Program-made: the position numbers and the translations under genes
Notes under the pieces: generated by a model
Told to the model about the DNA's origin: nothing
What the model saw: the letters and a program-made list of their open reading frames with translations, nothing else
Databases searched by the model: none
Assembly: GCA_965221585.1 (NCBI GenBank)
Contig: OZ244898.1
Location: 2,489,083 to 2,553,082 of the forward strand
DNA: 64,000 nt
Direction of reading: 5' to 3'
Source of the DNA: Candidatus Aldehydirespiratoraceae bacterium
GTDB taxonomy: Bacteria; Actinomycetota; Acidimicrobiia; Acidimicrobiales; Aldehydirespiratoraceae
In this document: in pieces, positions 1 to 7,541 of the stretch
Position numbering within the stretch: position 1 is the first letter of the stretch
Layout: every line of letters begins with the position of its first letter

Positions 1-380
1 GAACGCTGCGCCCACGGCCCTTTCAGCCCATAGGGCCTGATCGAGGTGATGACTGCGAACCGATGTCGCCCTTCGATGTCCCCGACAACTGCGGGTCCAA
101 GCGTGTCGTCGACAACGATCAGATCGGCACTGGCGAGCAGCTCTTCGACGGCTTCCTCCCCGAGCCGCCCCACGACCGAGCGAGTGCCTGCCGCCAGAAA
201 CGAGAACAACGGTCCGTCGGCCCCCTCCGAGACCCGTATCGAACTGCGTCGGCGCAAACCAACGCCGGCTTCGGGTTCGACACGAATGACATCGGCACCA
301 GCGTCTGCGAACAGACGTGACAGGTAGGCCCCAGCGATACCGACGCTGAGATCGACAACGCGGACGTCTCCCAGAATCAC
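1..380 (-). CDS. CoA-transferase family III (CaiB/BaiF), N-terminal part; runs off the window edge
   Basis: Manual translation from GTG at 380: MILGDVRVVDLSVGIAGAYLSRLFADAGADVIRVEP...LLASADLIV...ITSIRPYGLKGPWA, a typical CaiB N-terminus. Open to position 1; not in the ORF track. Confidence 0.85.
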   Translation of the reverse strand, partial: MILGDVRVVDLSVGIAGAYLSRLFADAGADVIRVEPEAGVGLRRRSSIRVSEGADGPLFSFLAAGTRSVVGRLGEEAVEELLASADLIVVDDTLGPAVVGDIEGRHRFAVITSIRPYGLKGPWAQR

Positions 381-394
381 GTCACCAACTCACC

Positions 395-1261
395 TCAGCT
401 GGAGACGTTGGCAATGACCCTGTCACCCCAAGCGGCAAGCGCATCGGCCGTGTCGTTGAAGAACAGGAAGGACGGCACGATCATACGGCTCGCTCCCCAT
501 GAACCCAGTTCCTCAACCGCCGCACCCGGATCTTCACCGAAGATGCCCATGTGCTGGCCGGTCAACTCGATCGCATCCGGATCACGGCCATGGTCCGCCG
601 CGGTCTGCCGGCATATGTCGTACAGTTCCGCCAGGTCGCCCTTGGCCGGCCAGAAGCCGTCGCCGACCCTGCCCGCTCGTTCCGCCGCGGCGCGGCTGTG
701 CCCGCCGATGTGGATCGGTACCGAGCCGTTGGCAGGTTTGGGGTTGCAGGAGATCGGATCGAAGCTGACGAACTCTCCGTCGAATGACACGGCATCGTCA
801 GCCCAGAGTGCCCGCATCACCTCCATGTACTCCTCGGTACGCGGACCGCGCCTCTCCCACGGGACGCCAAGCGCTTCAAACTCCTCCTTGAGCCAGCCGA
901 TGCCGATTCCCAACTCGACCCGCCCACCCGACATGTTGTCGAGTGTGGCCACCTCCTTGGCGTAGGTGACGGGGCTCCGCTCGGGCAGCAGGGAGATGCC
1001 GGTCGCGAGGCGCAGGTCGGTGGTGTGAGCGGCCACGAACCCGAGCCAGATCAAAGGGTCGGGGATCGGGTTCTCGCCCGTCCCGGGCATCTTGCCGCTC
1101 TCGTCGTAGGGGTAGGTCGACTGGTAGCCCTCGGGGTAGATGATGTGTTCAACGGTCCACACCGACTCGAAGCCCGCTGCCTCAGCGGCTTGACCGATCA
1201 TCTTGGCACCCTCTCCGGTACCGAAGTGCATGACGTTGGCGAACGCCAGTCCGAATTTCAT
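395..1261 (-). CDS. LLM-class F420-dependent oxidoreductase
   Basis: AEAAGFESVWTVEH, DPLIWL, LDNMSGGRVELGIGIGW, PIHIGGHS motifs; GGAG RBS upstream. Confidence 0.9.
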   Translation of the reverse strand: MKFGLAFANVMHFGTGEGAKMIGQAAEAAGFESVWTVEHIIYPEGYQSTYPYDESGKMPGTGENPIPDPLIWLGFVAAHTTDLRLATGISLLPERSPVTYAKEVATLDNMSGGRVELGIGIGWLKEEFEALGVPWERRGPRTEEYMEVMRALWADDAVSFDGEFVSFDPISCNPKPANGSVPIHIGGHSRAAAERAGRVGDGFWPAKGDLAELYDICRQTAADHGRDPDAIELTGQHMGIFGEDPGAAVEELGSWGASRMIVPSFLFFNDTADALAAWGDRVIANVSS

Positions 1262-1312
1262 CTCTGGCTCCTGATTCTCACTAGTGAAGCGCCCATCCTG
1301 CCACGCTATTGC

Positions 1313-1407
1313 CGCCGGGCGTAACCGGAGCTCTGTTTGCGCCGGGCGTAGCCGGAGCCGCGGTTGTCTCGCGCCGGGCGTAACCGGAGCTCTGCTAGCG
1401 CCGGGCG
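1313..1407. repeat. REP-like cluster of short GC-rich repeats (CGCCGGGCGTARCCGGAGC), 3 full copies and 1 partial
   Basis: Copies start at 1313, 1340, 1372 and 1399 (partial). Copies 1 and 3 are identical over 23 bp (cgccgggcgtaaccggagctctg). Each full copy contains a CCGG-N6-CCGG mini-hairpin. Confidence 0.75.
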
Positions 1408-1415
1408 GGCGAGGC

Positions 1416-2057
1416 TCAGTTGAGCCAGGGTTCGTCCAATTCCCAGGGTTCGGGGTTGTCGGGTTTCGGGGCTCGCGAGGGGCGCGGTTCGGCCATTGCC
1501 TTGGCAGCGATCACACCACCGAGCATGCCGAACAGGTGACCTTCCCACGAGATGAAGTCCTGCGGGACTATCCCGGCCACCAGTCCGCCGTAGAACATGA
1601 TGACCAACAGTGCCGAGGCCAAGGCTCGCAGACGGCGCTCGAAGACCGCCGCGGCGAGGATCGCCCCGAAATACCCGAACACCACCCCGCTGGCACCGAT
1701 GTGGTTGCCGAATCCTGCAAGGGCCCAGGTCAGAGTGCCACCGATGACTATCACCGTCACTGTCACCCACGCCCAGTAGCGCATCCCCCGCACCGCGACC
1801 AGTCCACCGAGAATCAGCAGAGGCAGTGAATTCGAGGTGACGTGACCGAAGTCCGAATGGAGGAAAGGCGCGAAGGCGATGCCGTCGATTCCTTCCCGGC
1901 GCCGGGGGAGGATGCCATTGCCCTGAAGGCGGTCATCGAGTGCGAGCGTGTCGACAATCTCGATCCCCCACATTGCTGCGAGGGCCAGGAGCAGCAGACC
2001 GACCGGGGTCCACAGCAGTCGCCAAAGCGAGCGCCTCGGTTCTGCGGATTCGGGCAT
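1416..2057 (-). CDS. Rhomboid-family intramembrane serine protease
   Basis: PFLHSDFGHVTSN, HIGASG (catalytic Ser) and SWEGHLFG (catalytic His); multiple TM segments. Confidence 0.9.
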   Translation of the reverse strand: MPESAEPRRSLWRLLWTPVGLLLLALAAMWGIEIVDTLALDDRLQGNGILPRRREGIDGIAFAPFLHSDFGHVTSNSLPLLILGGLVAVRGMRYWAWVTVTVIVIGGTLTWALAGFGNHIGASGVVFGYFGAILAAAVFERRLRALASALLVIMFYGGLVAGIVPQDFISWEGHLFGMLGGVIAAKAMAEPRPSRAPKPDNPEPWELDEPWLN

Positions 2058-2138
2058 GCCTCATCGTAGATGCGACTCGCCGGAGAATTTCGCTAAGTTG
2101 TTCCGCTACCGGGTCGGCGACCAGCAGGAAAGACCGAG

Positions 2139-3089
2139 ATGAGCGACAACCCTCAGCCCCTTGGAGGCAACGAGATGCCGCGTTTCGGGGGCATCACGAC
2201 GTTCATGCGCCTGCCCGGAGCTTCATCGCCCGAAGAGTGCGATGTCGCCGTCGTGGGGGTGCCCTTCGATATCGGCACCTCCAACCGGCCCGGCGCCCGA
2301 TTCGGTCCCAGAGGCATCCGTGAAGAGTCGGTGCTGTTGCGTCCATACAACATGGCCACACGGGCCGCACCCTTCGACAGTCTGAGAATCGATGACCTGG
2401 GCGACGTCGCCACCAACCCCTACAACCTCATCGACTCCGTCGAGCGGATCACCAACCATTTCATGGAGTTGCTGCGACACGATCTCATCACCGTCGCCAT
2501 GGGCGGTGACCACACCATCGTCTTGCCGATTCTTCGTGCCATGGCCGCCAAACACGGACCGGTCGGTTTGGTCCACATCGACGCCCACACCGATATCAAC
2601 GACACCATGTTCGGCGAGAAGATCGCCCACGGCACCCCTTTTCGCCGCGCCGTCGAGGAGGGCCTGCTCGACGGGCCGCGCGTCGTGCAGATCGGCATGC
2701 GAGGCACCGGTTACGCCGCCGATGATTTCGACTGGTCCCGAGAGCAGGGGTTTCGGGTGGTGCAGATCGAGGAGTGCTGGCATCGGAGCCTCGATCCGCT
2801 CATGGAGGAAGTGCGGGTCCAACTCGGGTCCGGACCGGTCTATCTGAGCTTCGATATCGACGGACTCGACCCGTCGTTCGCTCCTGGTACGGGAACGCCC
2901 GAGGTCGCAGGTCTGACCACGACTCAGGCGCTGGAAATAATCCGTGGCTGCCGCGGCCTCGACCTGGTGGGGTGCGACCTGGTTGAGGTTGCGCCCATCT
3001 ACGACACCAGCGGTGCCACATCGCTGACCGCCGCCAACATGCTCTACGAGATGCTCTGCGTCCTACCCGGTGTCGAGTATCGGAAGTGA
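2139..3089 (+). CDS. Ureohydrolase of the agmatinase family, guanidinobutyrase (GbuA)-like
   Basis: GGDH, DAHTD, SFDIDGLDP and APGTGTP Mn-binding motifs. The N-terminus QPLGGNEMPRFGG resembles Pseudomonas GbuA as I recall it. Confidence 0.88.
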   Translation: MSDNPQPLGGNEMPRFGGITTFMRLPGASSPEECDVAVVGVPFDIGTSNRPGARFGPRGIREESVLLRPYNMATRAAPFDSLRIDDLGDVATNPYNLIDSVERITNHFMELLRHDLITVAMGGDHTIVLPILRAMAAKHGPVGLVHIDAHTDINDTMFGEKIAHGTPFRRAVEEGLLDGPRVVQIGMRGTGYAADDFDWSREQGFRVVQIEECWHRSLDPLMEEVRVQLGSGPVYLSFDIDGLDPSFAPGTGTPEVAGLTTTQALEIIRGCRGLDLVGCDLVEVAPIYDTSGATSLTAANMLYEMLCVLPGVEYRK

Positions 3090-3319
3090 CCAGCAAGCCT
3101 GACCAAGGACATGGTTCCGAATCAATGCCCCACTCACGAGAAACTGAACCAACTTTCTCCATTCGCAGTTTCTGGATAGCGGCTCTCTCGGGCGTGATCT
3201 GTCTAGGAATCTATTGGCTCGTATTCGGCATCAGTTCCGAAGCGCTAATTCCCGCGGGAGGTGCTGTAGTAGCGGTATTGGTCGGCACAGTCATACGACA
3301 CAGGCAAGCAACTAGCTGA
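3086..3319 (+). CDS. Small hypothetical 2-TM membrane protein
   Basis: GTG start overlaps the upstream stop (GTGA). Two hydrophobic segments; AT-richer codon usage. Confidence 0.5.
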   Translation: MTSKPDQGHGSESMPHSRETEPTFSIRSFWIAALSGVICLGIYWLVFGISSEALIPAGGAVVAVLVGTVIRHRQATS

Positions 3320-3357
3320 CGGAAATGGCCCCAAAGAAATGTGTCTCTTGGCAACAG

Positions 3358-3615
3358 TTAGCATTGGCGCCTGGTGTTGTGCTCGGCGAGCACCACCTCC
3401 AGACGTGCTCCGGCGATAAGGCCTGCTAATTCATCGTGTGACCGGTCTTCGGCGTGTGCCGCGGAGTGCTCTTCGACCAGATCCCCGAACGATTGCTCTG
3501 CAAACACTTGGGCCTCAGCCGCGCGTTCGCACGCCTCTGCGTTGTACGAGCCTCCGCACCCGGTTAGAGCGAGGCTTGTCGTTGCAACGACAAGCCTCAC
3601 GATGGTTCGGTTCAC
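3358..3615 (-). CDS. Small putative lipoprotein (85 aa)
   Basis: GTG at 3615 overlaps the upstream stop (GTGA). MNRTIVRLVVATTSLALTG-C lipobox followed by a helical domain with a Cys pair. Confidence 0.6.
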   Translation of the reverse strand: MNRTIVRLVVATTSLALTGCGGSYNAEACERAAEAQVFAEQSFGDLVEEHSAAHAEDRSHDELAGLIAGARLEVVLAEHNTRRQC

Positions 3616-3902
3616 CCGTCGTTTTCCAAAGGGAACGCGGCTCGGCCCCAGACGACCCACGCTACCCAGGCCACGGACCAAGTCAGAACCGTAGCGATTG
3701 TGACAAGTGCGTGGACGGCCAGTGAGTATTGAAACACGCTCTCAGGGATTACTACCGCCAACGGCACCACCAGCCCGACAATCACCCACGCAAGCGTCTC
3801 ACCTCGGCTTCTGGCCCACCAAAATACTCGGTGTGCAGCTTGTTGCTTGGATCGCCGCATTTCCTCTCTGTACTCGCTTACCACGAGCCTAAACGTGCTC
3901 AT
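3612..3902 (-). CDS. Small 2-TM membrane protein (96 aa), possible immunity protein
   Basis: ATG at 3902 overlaps the upstream stop (ATGA). Basic N-terminus followed by two Trp-rich hydrophobic helices. Confidence 0.6.
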   Translation of the reverse strand: MSTFRLVVSEYREEMRRSKQQAAHRVFWWARSRGETLAWVIVGLVVPLAVVIPESVFQYSLAVHALVTIATVLTWSVAWVAWVVWGRAAFPLENDG

Positions 3903-4297
3903 CCCGACACCGCCGCAATGACAGCGGCACATCCTGCGCCAGCCACCCCAGCACCAATGGGCCCGGCCGGAAGACCTACGCCATAGCACAACCAACCCGC
4001 TGAACCACCAATCAGCGCGCGCTCCCACCAGTGCGTGTGCGAAACGTTCACGCAGACCTGCCGCCAACGTGTGACTGTGCGAGTCACCCATTCTCCGTTC
4101 TCTCGTGCTCTCGTTGTGACAGCATAAGGGGTCCAGCTACACGAGCGTTGAGTATGCGCCGACACTACAGATTCGTCTGTCAGCAAGTCGCCCACTACCG
4201 GCATGGCGCCGATAACCGGTGTCGTTGCTGGCAATGGTGCTACCGTCAAAGTGGCCGTTAGCGCAACTGCTGTGAGCAAGCGGGCGAGGGTCTTCAA
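3899..4297 (-). CDS. Secreted protein with His/Cys hairpin and Gly-rich hydrophobic C-terminus (bacteriocin-like)
   Basis: Probable TTG start at 4297 after a G-rich RBS. Signal-like N-terminus KTLARLLTAVALTATLTVA; then VSA-HTQRSC...C-VNVSHTH; C-terminus ALIGGSAGWLC...GPIGAGVAGAGCAAVIAAVSG. Confidence 0.65.
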   Translation of the reverse strand: MKTLARLLTAVALTATLTVAPLPATTPVIGAMPVVGDLLTDESVVSAHTQRSCSWTPYAVTTRARENGEWVTRTVTRWRQVCVNVSHTHWWERALIGGSAGWLCYGVGLPAGPIGAGVAGAGCAAVIAAVSG

Positions 4298-4333
4298 GGG
4301 AACCCCCAAGACAAAAGGGAACCCCCAAGACAA
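4296..4333. repeat. Perfect 19-bp tandem duplication (aagggaacccccaagacaa x2) covering the RBS of the 3899-4297 gene
   Basis: 4296-4314 and 4315-4333 are identical. Confidence 0.95.
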
Positions 4334-4360
4334 GAGGAGCGTGCATTAGATTTCTCATTT

Positions 4361-4396
4361 CTACGTGACGGATACTTGCTGTTATCCACCGTGTAG
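4361..4396 (+). other. Candidate lox-like recombination site A
   Basis: ctacgtgacggata-CTTGCTGT-tatccaccgtgtag: 14-bp imperfect inverted arms (10/14 complementary) around an asymmetric 8-bp spacer. Confidence 0.55.
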
Positions 4397-4688
4397 ACGT
4401 GTTGACCACGAACATTTGAAGCGCACCGACTCCAACCACATCACCACTGGTAGAAGGTAAAATTAGAGATGATCGAAGCGGCCTAGGCCATCCCAAGCGT
4501 GTTGTCGGCGACTAACGTCCAGTCACCATTCGGGGCGAGTACCAACCTTCCCAGATTCGGTAGAGTCCGGGCTTTGAGGCTCGTCCGATAAAGAAATTCA
4601 GTTGGCCAACCTGCTAACTGTCGACGCAGGTCAACCACGCAATCGGCGGGCACGGGTCGGAGTCGGTCAAAAACTGAGCTGACAAGAC

Positions 4689-4720
4689 TTGACAACCGTC
4701 CCAGACCCAAGATATGAAAT
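4689..4720 (+). promoter_or_regulatory. Candidate sigma70-type promoter inside the putative invertible segment
   Basis: Perfect TTGACA at 4689-4694 and an AT-rich -10-like tatgaaat at 4713-4720, facing the recombinase. Confidence 0.45.
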
Positions 4721-4743
4721 AACAGCAATTATCTACTGAGTGC
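4708..4743 (-). other. Candidate lox-like recombination site B, inverted relative to site A
   Basis: The minus strand reads gcactcagtagata-ATTGCTGT-tatttcatatcttg. Core 4719-4733 matches 4371-4385 at 14/15 in reverse orientation. Confidence 0.55.
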
Positions 4744-4789
4744 ACCTTGTGGAGTTCCGTTCAGACACGAACCTGCTAAATCTGTGGTC

Positions 4790-5836
4790 ATGACTCAAAC
4801 CACAGGAAACATAATAAAAGCGGCCCGATGTGTGAACGTTGCACACATTGCAGATGAGGACCTGAGCGACGAAGCGATTGCGAGGTTGATCACCCAAGGC
4901 AAAGCTGCCGCTCATTCGGACAACACCCGGAAGACCTACGGCATCGGATACAGGAGTTGGAGTCGGTGGGCGTCTGGCCGTGGTCTCCCGGTGTTTCCCG
5001 CCGATCCAACACACCTTCAGAAGTGGCTCGCGGCCTTGACTAACCAGCACAAGAAACCCTCGACTTTGCGCACCTATCTTGCTGGGGTGGTGTACATGCA
5101 CCGCGAGTGCGACGAACTGAACCCAGCCCGTGATCCCCAGGTCCGACAACTGCTACGGGGCCTGACCCGCAAGTCTGCCGCTGACGGGTACGCCGCTAAA
5201 CAAGCCTCTCCGCTGCGCTGGTGCCACATCCAACGCATTGCTGACACGGCACACAACCCACGACGCAACCAACCCGGCGGGCGCATAGAAAACCCTCATC
5301 AAGCCCGACAACGCGCCAATGCCGACATCGCAATGATCACAGTTGCGCACGACGCCGCCTTGCGTGGCAGCGAACTGCTCGCTCTCACCTGGGCAGACAT
5401 AGTGCCGTCAAAAGGCAACGAATGCGGGCTAGTGAACATTCGCCGCTCAAAGAGCGATCAAACAGGCGAAGGAGCTGTCGCACCCATATCCGAATTCGCC
5501 TCGCAAGCGCTCACCCGAATGAAACCTGACGACGCCGAACCAGACGATCGCATCTTCAGGTTCTCACCCAACACCCTCAACCGTCGCCTAAAGGCCGCAG
5601 CGCGAACCGCCGACATGAACGTCCGACACATCAGCAGTCATTCACCGCGGGTGGGGATGGCCCAAGACCTCTTGGCCTACGGCACCGACATGCCCGGCCT
5701 CATGCAAGCAGGCCGTTGGAAAACCCCCGGGACCGTCGCCCGCTACACCGAACATCTCGCCGCGCACCACACCGCGGCCGGTCAGTACCTCAGAACCCAG
5801 CAAAGAACCAACCCGCTGGACCACAGGGAGACCTAA
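4790..5836 (+). CDS. Cre-like tyrosine recombinase/integrase
   Basis: Helical N-domain (NTRKTY...WSRW). Catalytic R (ALRGSE), K (RRSKSDQ), HxxR (SHSPRVG), W (GRWKT) and Y (VARYT), the Cre-type arrangement. Confidence 0.92.
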   Translation: MTQTTGNIIKAARCVNVAHIADEDLSDEAIARLITQGKAAAHSDNTRKTYGIGYRSWSRWASGRGLPVFPADPTHLQKWLAALTNQHKKPSTLRTYLAGVVYMHRECDELNPARDPQVRQLLRGLTRKSAADGYAAKQASPLRWCHIQRIADTAHNPRRNQPGGRIENPHQARQRANADIAMITVAHDAALRGSELLALTWADIVPSKGNECGLVNIRRSKSDQTGEGAVAPISEFASQALTRMKPDDAEPDDRIFRFSPNTLNRRLKAAARTADMNVRHISSHSPRVGMAQDLLAYGTDMPGLMQAGRWKTPGTVARYTEHLAAHHTAAGQYLRTQQRTNPLDHRET

Positions 5837-5916
5837 TGCTGTCTGTCCTCCGACGGTAGTACCTTGCCCTGCTGCGTTGATGACCGATAATGACGCGCCC
5901 GCGTCCATAATGAAGC

Positions 5917-6762
5917 GTGATCGCGGTAGGTGAAACGTCTCCGATACTGGCGAGGCAGCGTGATCTGTATGTCGACCTGTTGATGGGGTGCCTCAGCCGT
6001 GAGTTGTTCCTGGCTGAGGAGAGCCACGACGTCGACCTCGCGGAATGGCCTGGCGATGCTGATGAACTCCGTTCGCTGCTCAAGGCCAACCAATGGCGCC
6101 TGACCAAACAGGGTGGCCGGCCCGATCTGCGAGCCGAAGGCCATGACTGGCCGCCGGCTGCGGAGACCATGGTCGGCCGGCAACGACTGGCCGATGTCCG
6201 TTGGTGCATCGAAGCGGTGATGGCTGAAGAAGTGCCGGGAGACTTCATCGAGACAGGTGTTTGGCGTGGCGGCGTCACGATCCTCATGAAGGGGATGCTC
6301 GAAGCTTGGGGAGACACCCAGCGTCGCGTCTGGGTAGCCGACAGTTTCAGCGGCCTGCCGGTGCCCGATCCGAACAACTATCCGGCCGATGAAGGCCACG
6401 ACATGTCCACGGTCAAGGCGCTACAGGTCTCGGTTGATGAGGTAAAGGCCAACTTTGATCGGTACGGCCTGCTCGATGAGCGGGTGTGTTTCCTCGAAGG
6501 CTGGTTCACCGACACCTTGCACACCGCGCCGATCGACCAACTTGCGATCCTGCGGCTCGACGGCGACCTGTACGAGTCGACCATGGACGCTCTCAGCGCC
6601 CTGTATCCGAAGCTCAGCGTCGGCGGGTATGTGCTGGTCGACGACTATGGCGCCTGGGAACCCTGCCGGAAGGCCGTTGACGACTACCGTGCCGCCAACG
6701 ACATCACCGACGAGATCGTGAATGTCGACTGGACCGGCATCCACTGGCGGCGCAGCGCCTGA
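5917..6762 (+). CDS. TylF/MycF/NovP-family O-methyltransferase
   Basis: ETMVG, VPGDFIETGVWRGG, VADSFSGLP, LRLDGDLYESTMD, VDDYG. Confidence 0.92.
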   Translation: MIAVGETSPILARQRDLYVDLLMGCLSRELFLAEESHDVDLAEWPGDADELRSLLKANQWRLTKQGGRPDLRAEGHDWPPAAETMVGRQRLADVRWCIEAVMAEEVPGDFIETGVWRGGVTILMKGMLEAWGDTQRRVWVADSFSGLPVPDPNNYPADEGHDMSTVKALQVSVDEVKANFDRYGLLDERVCFLEGWFTDTLHTAPIDQLAILRLDGDLYESTMDALSALYPKLSVGGYVLVDDYGAWEPCRKAVDDYRAANDITDEIVNVDWTGIHWRRSA

Positions 6763-6763
6763 C

Positions 6764-7453
6764 ATGGGCGAGATCAACACCTACTACGGGCTGCTGCGGA
6801 GAGCCCACGAGGTACTTGAACCTCAGCGTTACCTGGAAATCGGCGTCCACAAAGGCCATGCGTTAGCGCTGGCTGGACCACAGACCCGAGTGGTGGGAGT
6901 TGATCCCGATCCCCTCGTCACCGACCTGAGCGACAACACCGAGGTCGTGTCGGCAACCTCCGACGACTTCTTCGCCGACGCGGACCTTCTGGGCCTGCTC
7001 GGAGGGCCGATCGACCTAGCCTTCGTCGACGGCCTCCATCTATACGAACAGGCGCTCCGAGACGTGGCCAATGTTGAGCGCAACAGCGACCCCGACGGCG
7101 TCATCCTGATTCACGACTGCCTGCCGATCGACGCGGCAACCTCGGCCCGGGAGCAGACCAGCATGGTCTGGTCCGGCGATGTCTGGAAGGTCGTGGTGGC
7201 ATTGCGCCGCTACCGGCCTGACCTCAGCGTCACCACCGTCGACGTGGAACCTACGGGCCTGGCGATCGTTTCCGGCCTCGACCCCGACAGCAACGTCCTG
7301 TTCGACCGCTATGAGCAGATCGTCGACGAGCTAGCGGACCTCAGCTTCGAAGACCTCGAGGATCTCGGACGCCGCGAGACGCTCAACGTTGTCGATGCCG
7401 ACTGGCAGACCGTCGAGGAGCTGCTCAACAGCAACCACCACCAGAGCCGATAA
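6764..7453 (+). CDS. Class I SAM-dependent methyltransferase (Methyltransf_24-like)
   Basis: YLEIGVHKG, IDLAFVDGLH, ILIHDCLP, WSGDVWK; ATG 1 nt after the upstream stop. Confidence 0.85.
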   Translation: MGEINTYYGLLRRAHEVLEPQRYLEIGVHKGHALALAGPQTRVVGVDPDPLVTDLSDNTEVVSATSDDFFADADLLGLLGGPIDLAFVDGLHLYEQALRDVANVERNSDPDGVILIHDCLPIDAATSAREQTSMVWSGDVWKVVVALRRYRPDLSVTTVDVEPTGLAIVSGLDPDSNVLFDRYEQIVDELADLSFEDLEDLGRRETLNVVDADWQTVEELLNSNHHQSR

Positions 7454-7541
7454 GCCCTCGTCCGGCTGGGGGATCGACTGGTTTCGGTCGTGGGGCTAAA
7501 GTCGGGGGTTCGAGACGGTCGAGAACACGGAGAGCAGAACG

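Larger units (their letters stand above)
3090..5850. mobile_element. AT-richer islet carrying a Cre-like recombinase and small cargo genes (boundaries approximate)
   Basis: Visibly more A/T-ending codons and AT-rich intergenic DNA than the flanks; contains a tyrosine recombinase. No flanking att repeats found. Confidence 0.5.

Noticed and set aside
1313-1407. Possible mini-CRISPR array
   Set aside because: Intervening sequences are only ~8-13 bp, the period is too short and irregular, and no cas genes are in the window.
3310-3365. Possible integron attC site after the lipoprotein stop (TGCTAAC on the minus strand)
   Set aside because: No proper RYYYAAC/GTTRRRY pair, weak hairpin, not repeated between the other ORFs, and the recombinase is Cre-like rather than IntI.
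4483-4728. 81-aa minus-strand ORF inside the putative invertible segment
   Set aside because: TTG start within the site B spacer, no RBS, no recognisable motif; probably non-coding.
4608-4779. 10-bp direct repeat aacctgctaa at 4608 and 4770
   Set aside because: Too short to separate from chance. It could be an accessory site, but nothing else supports that.
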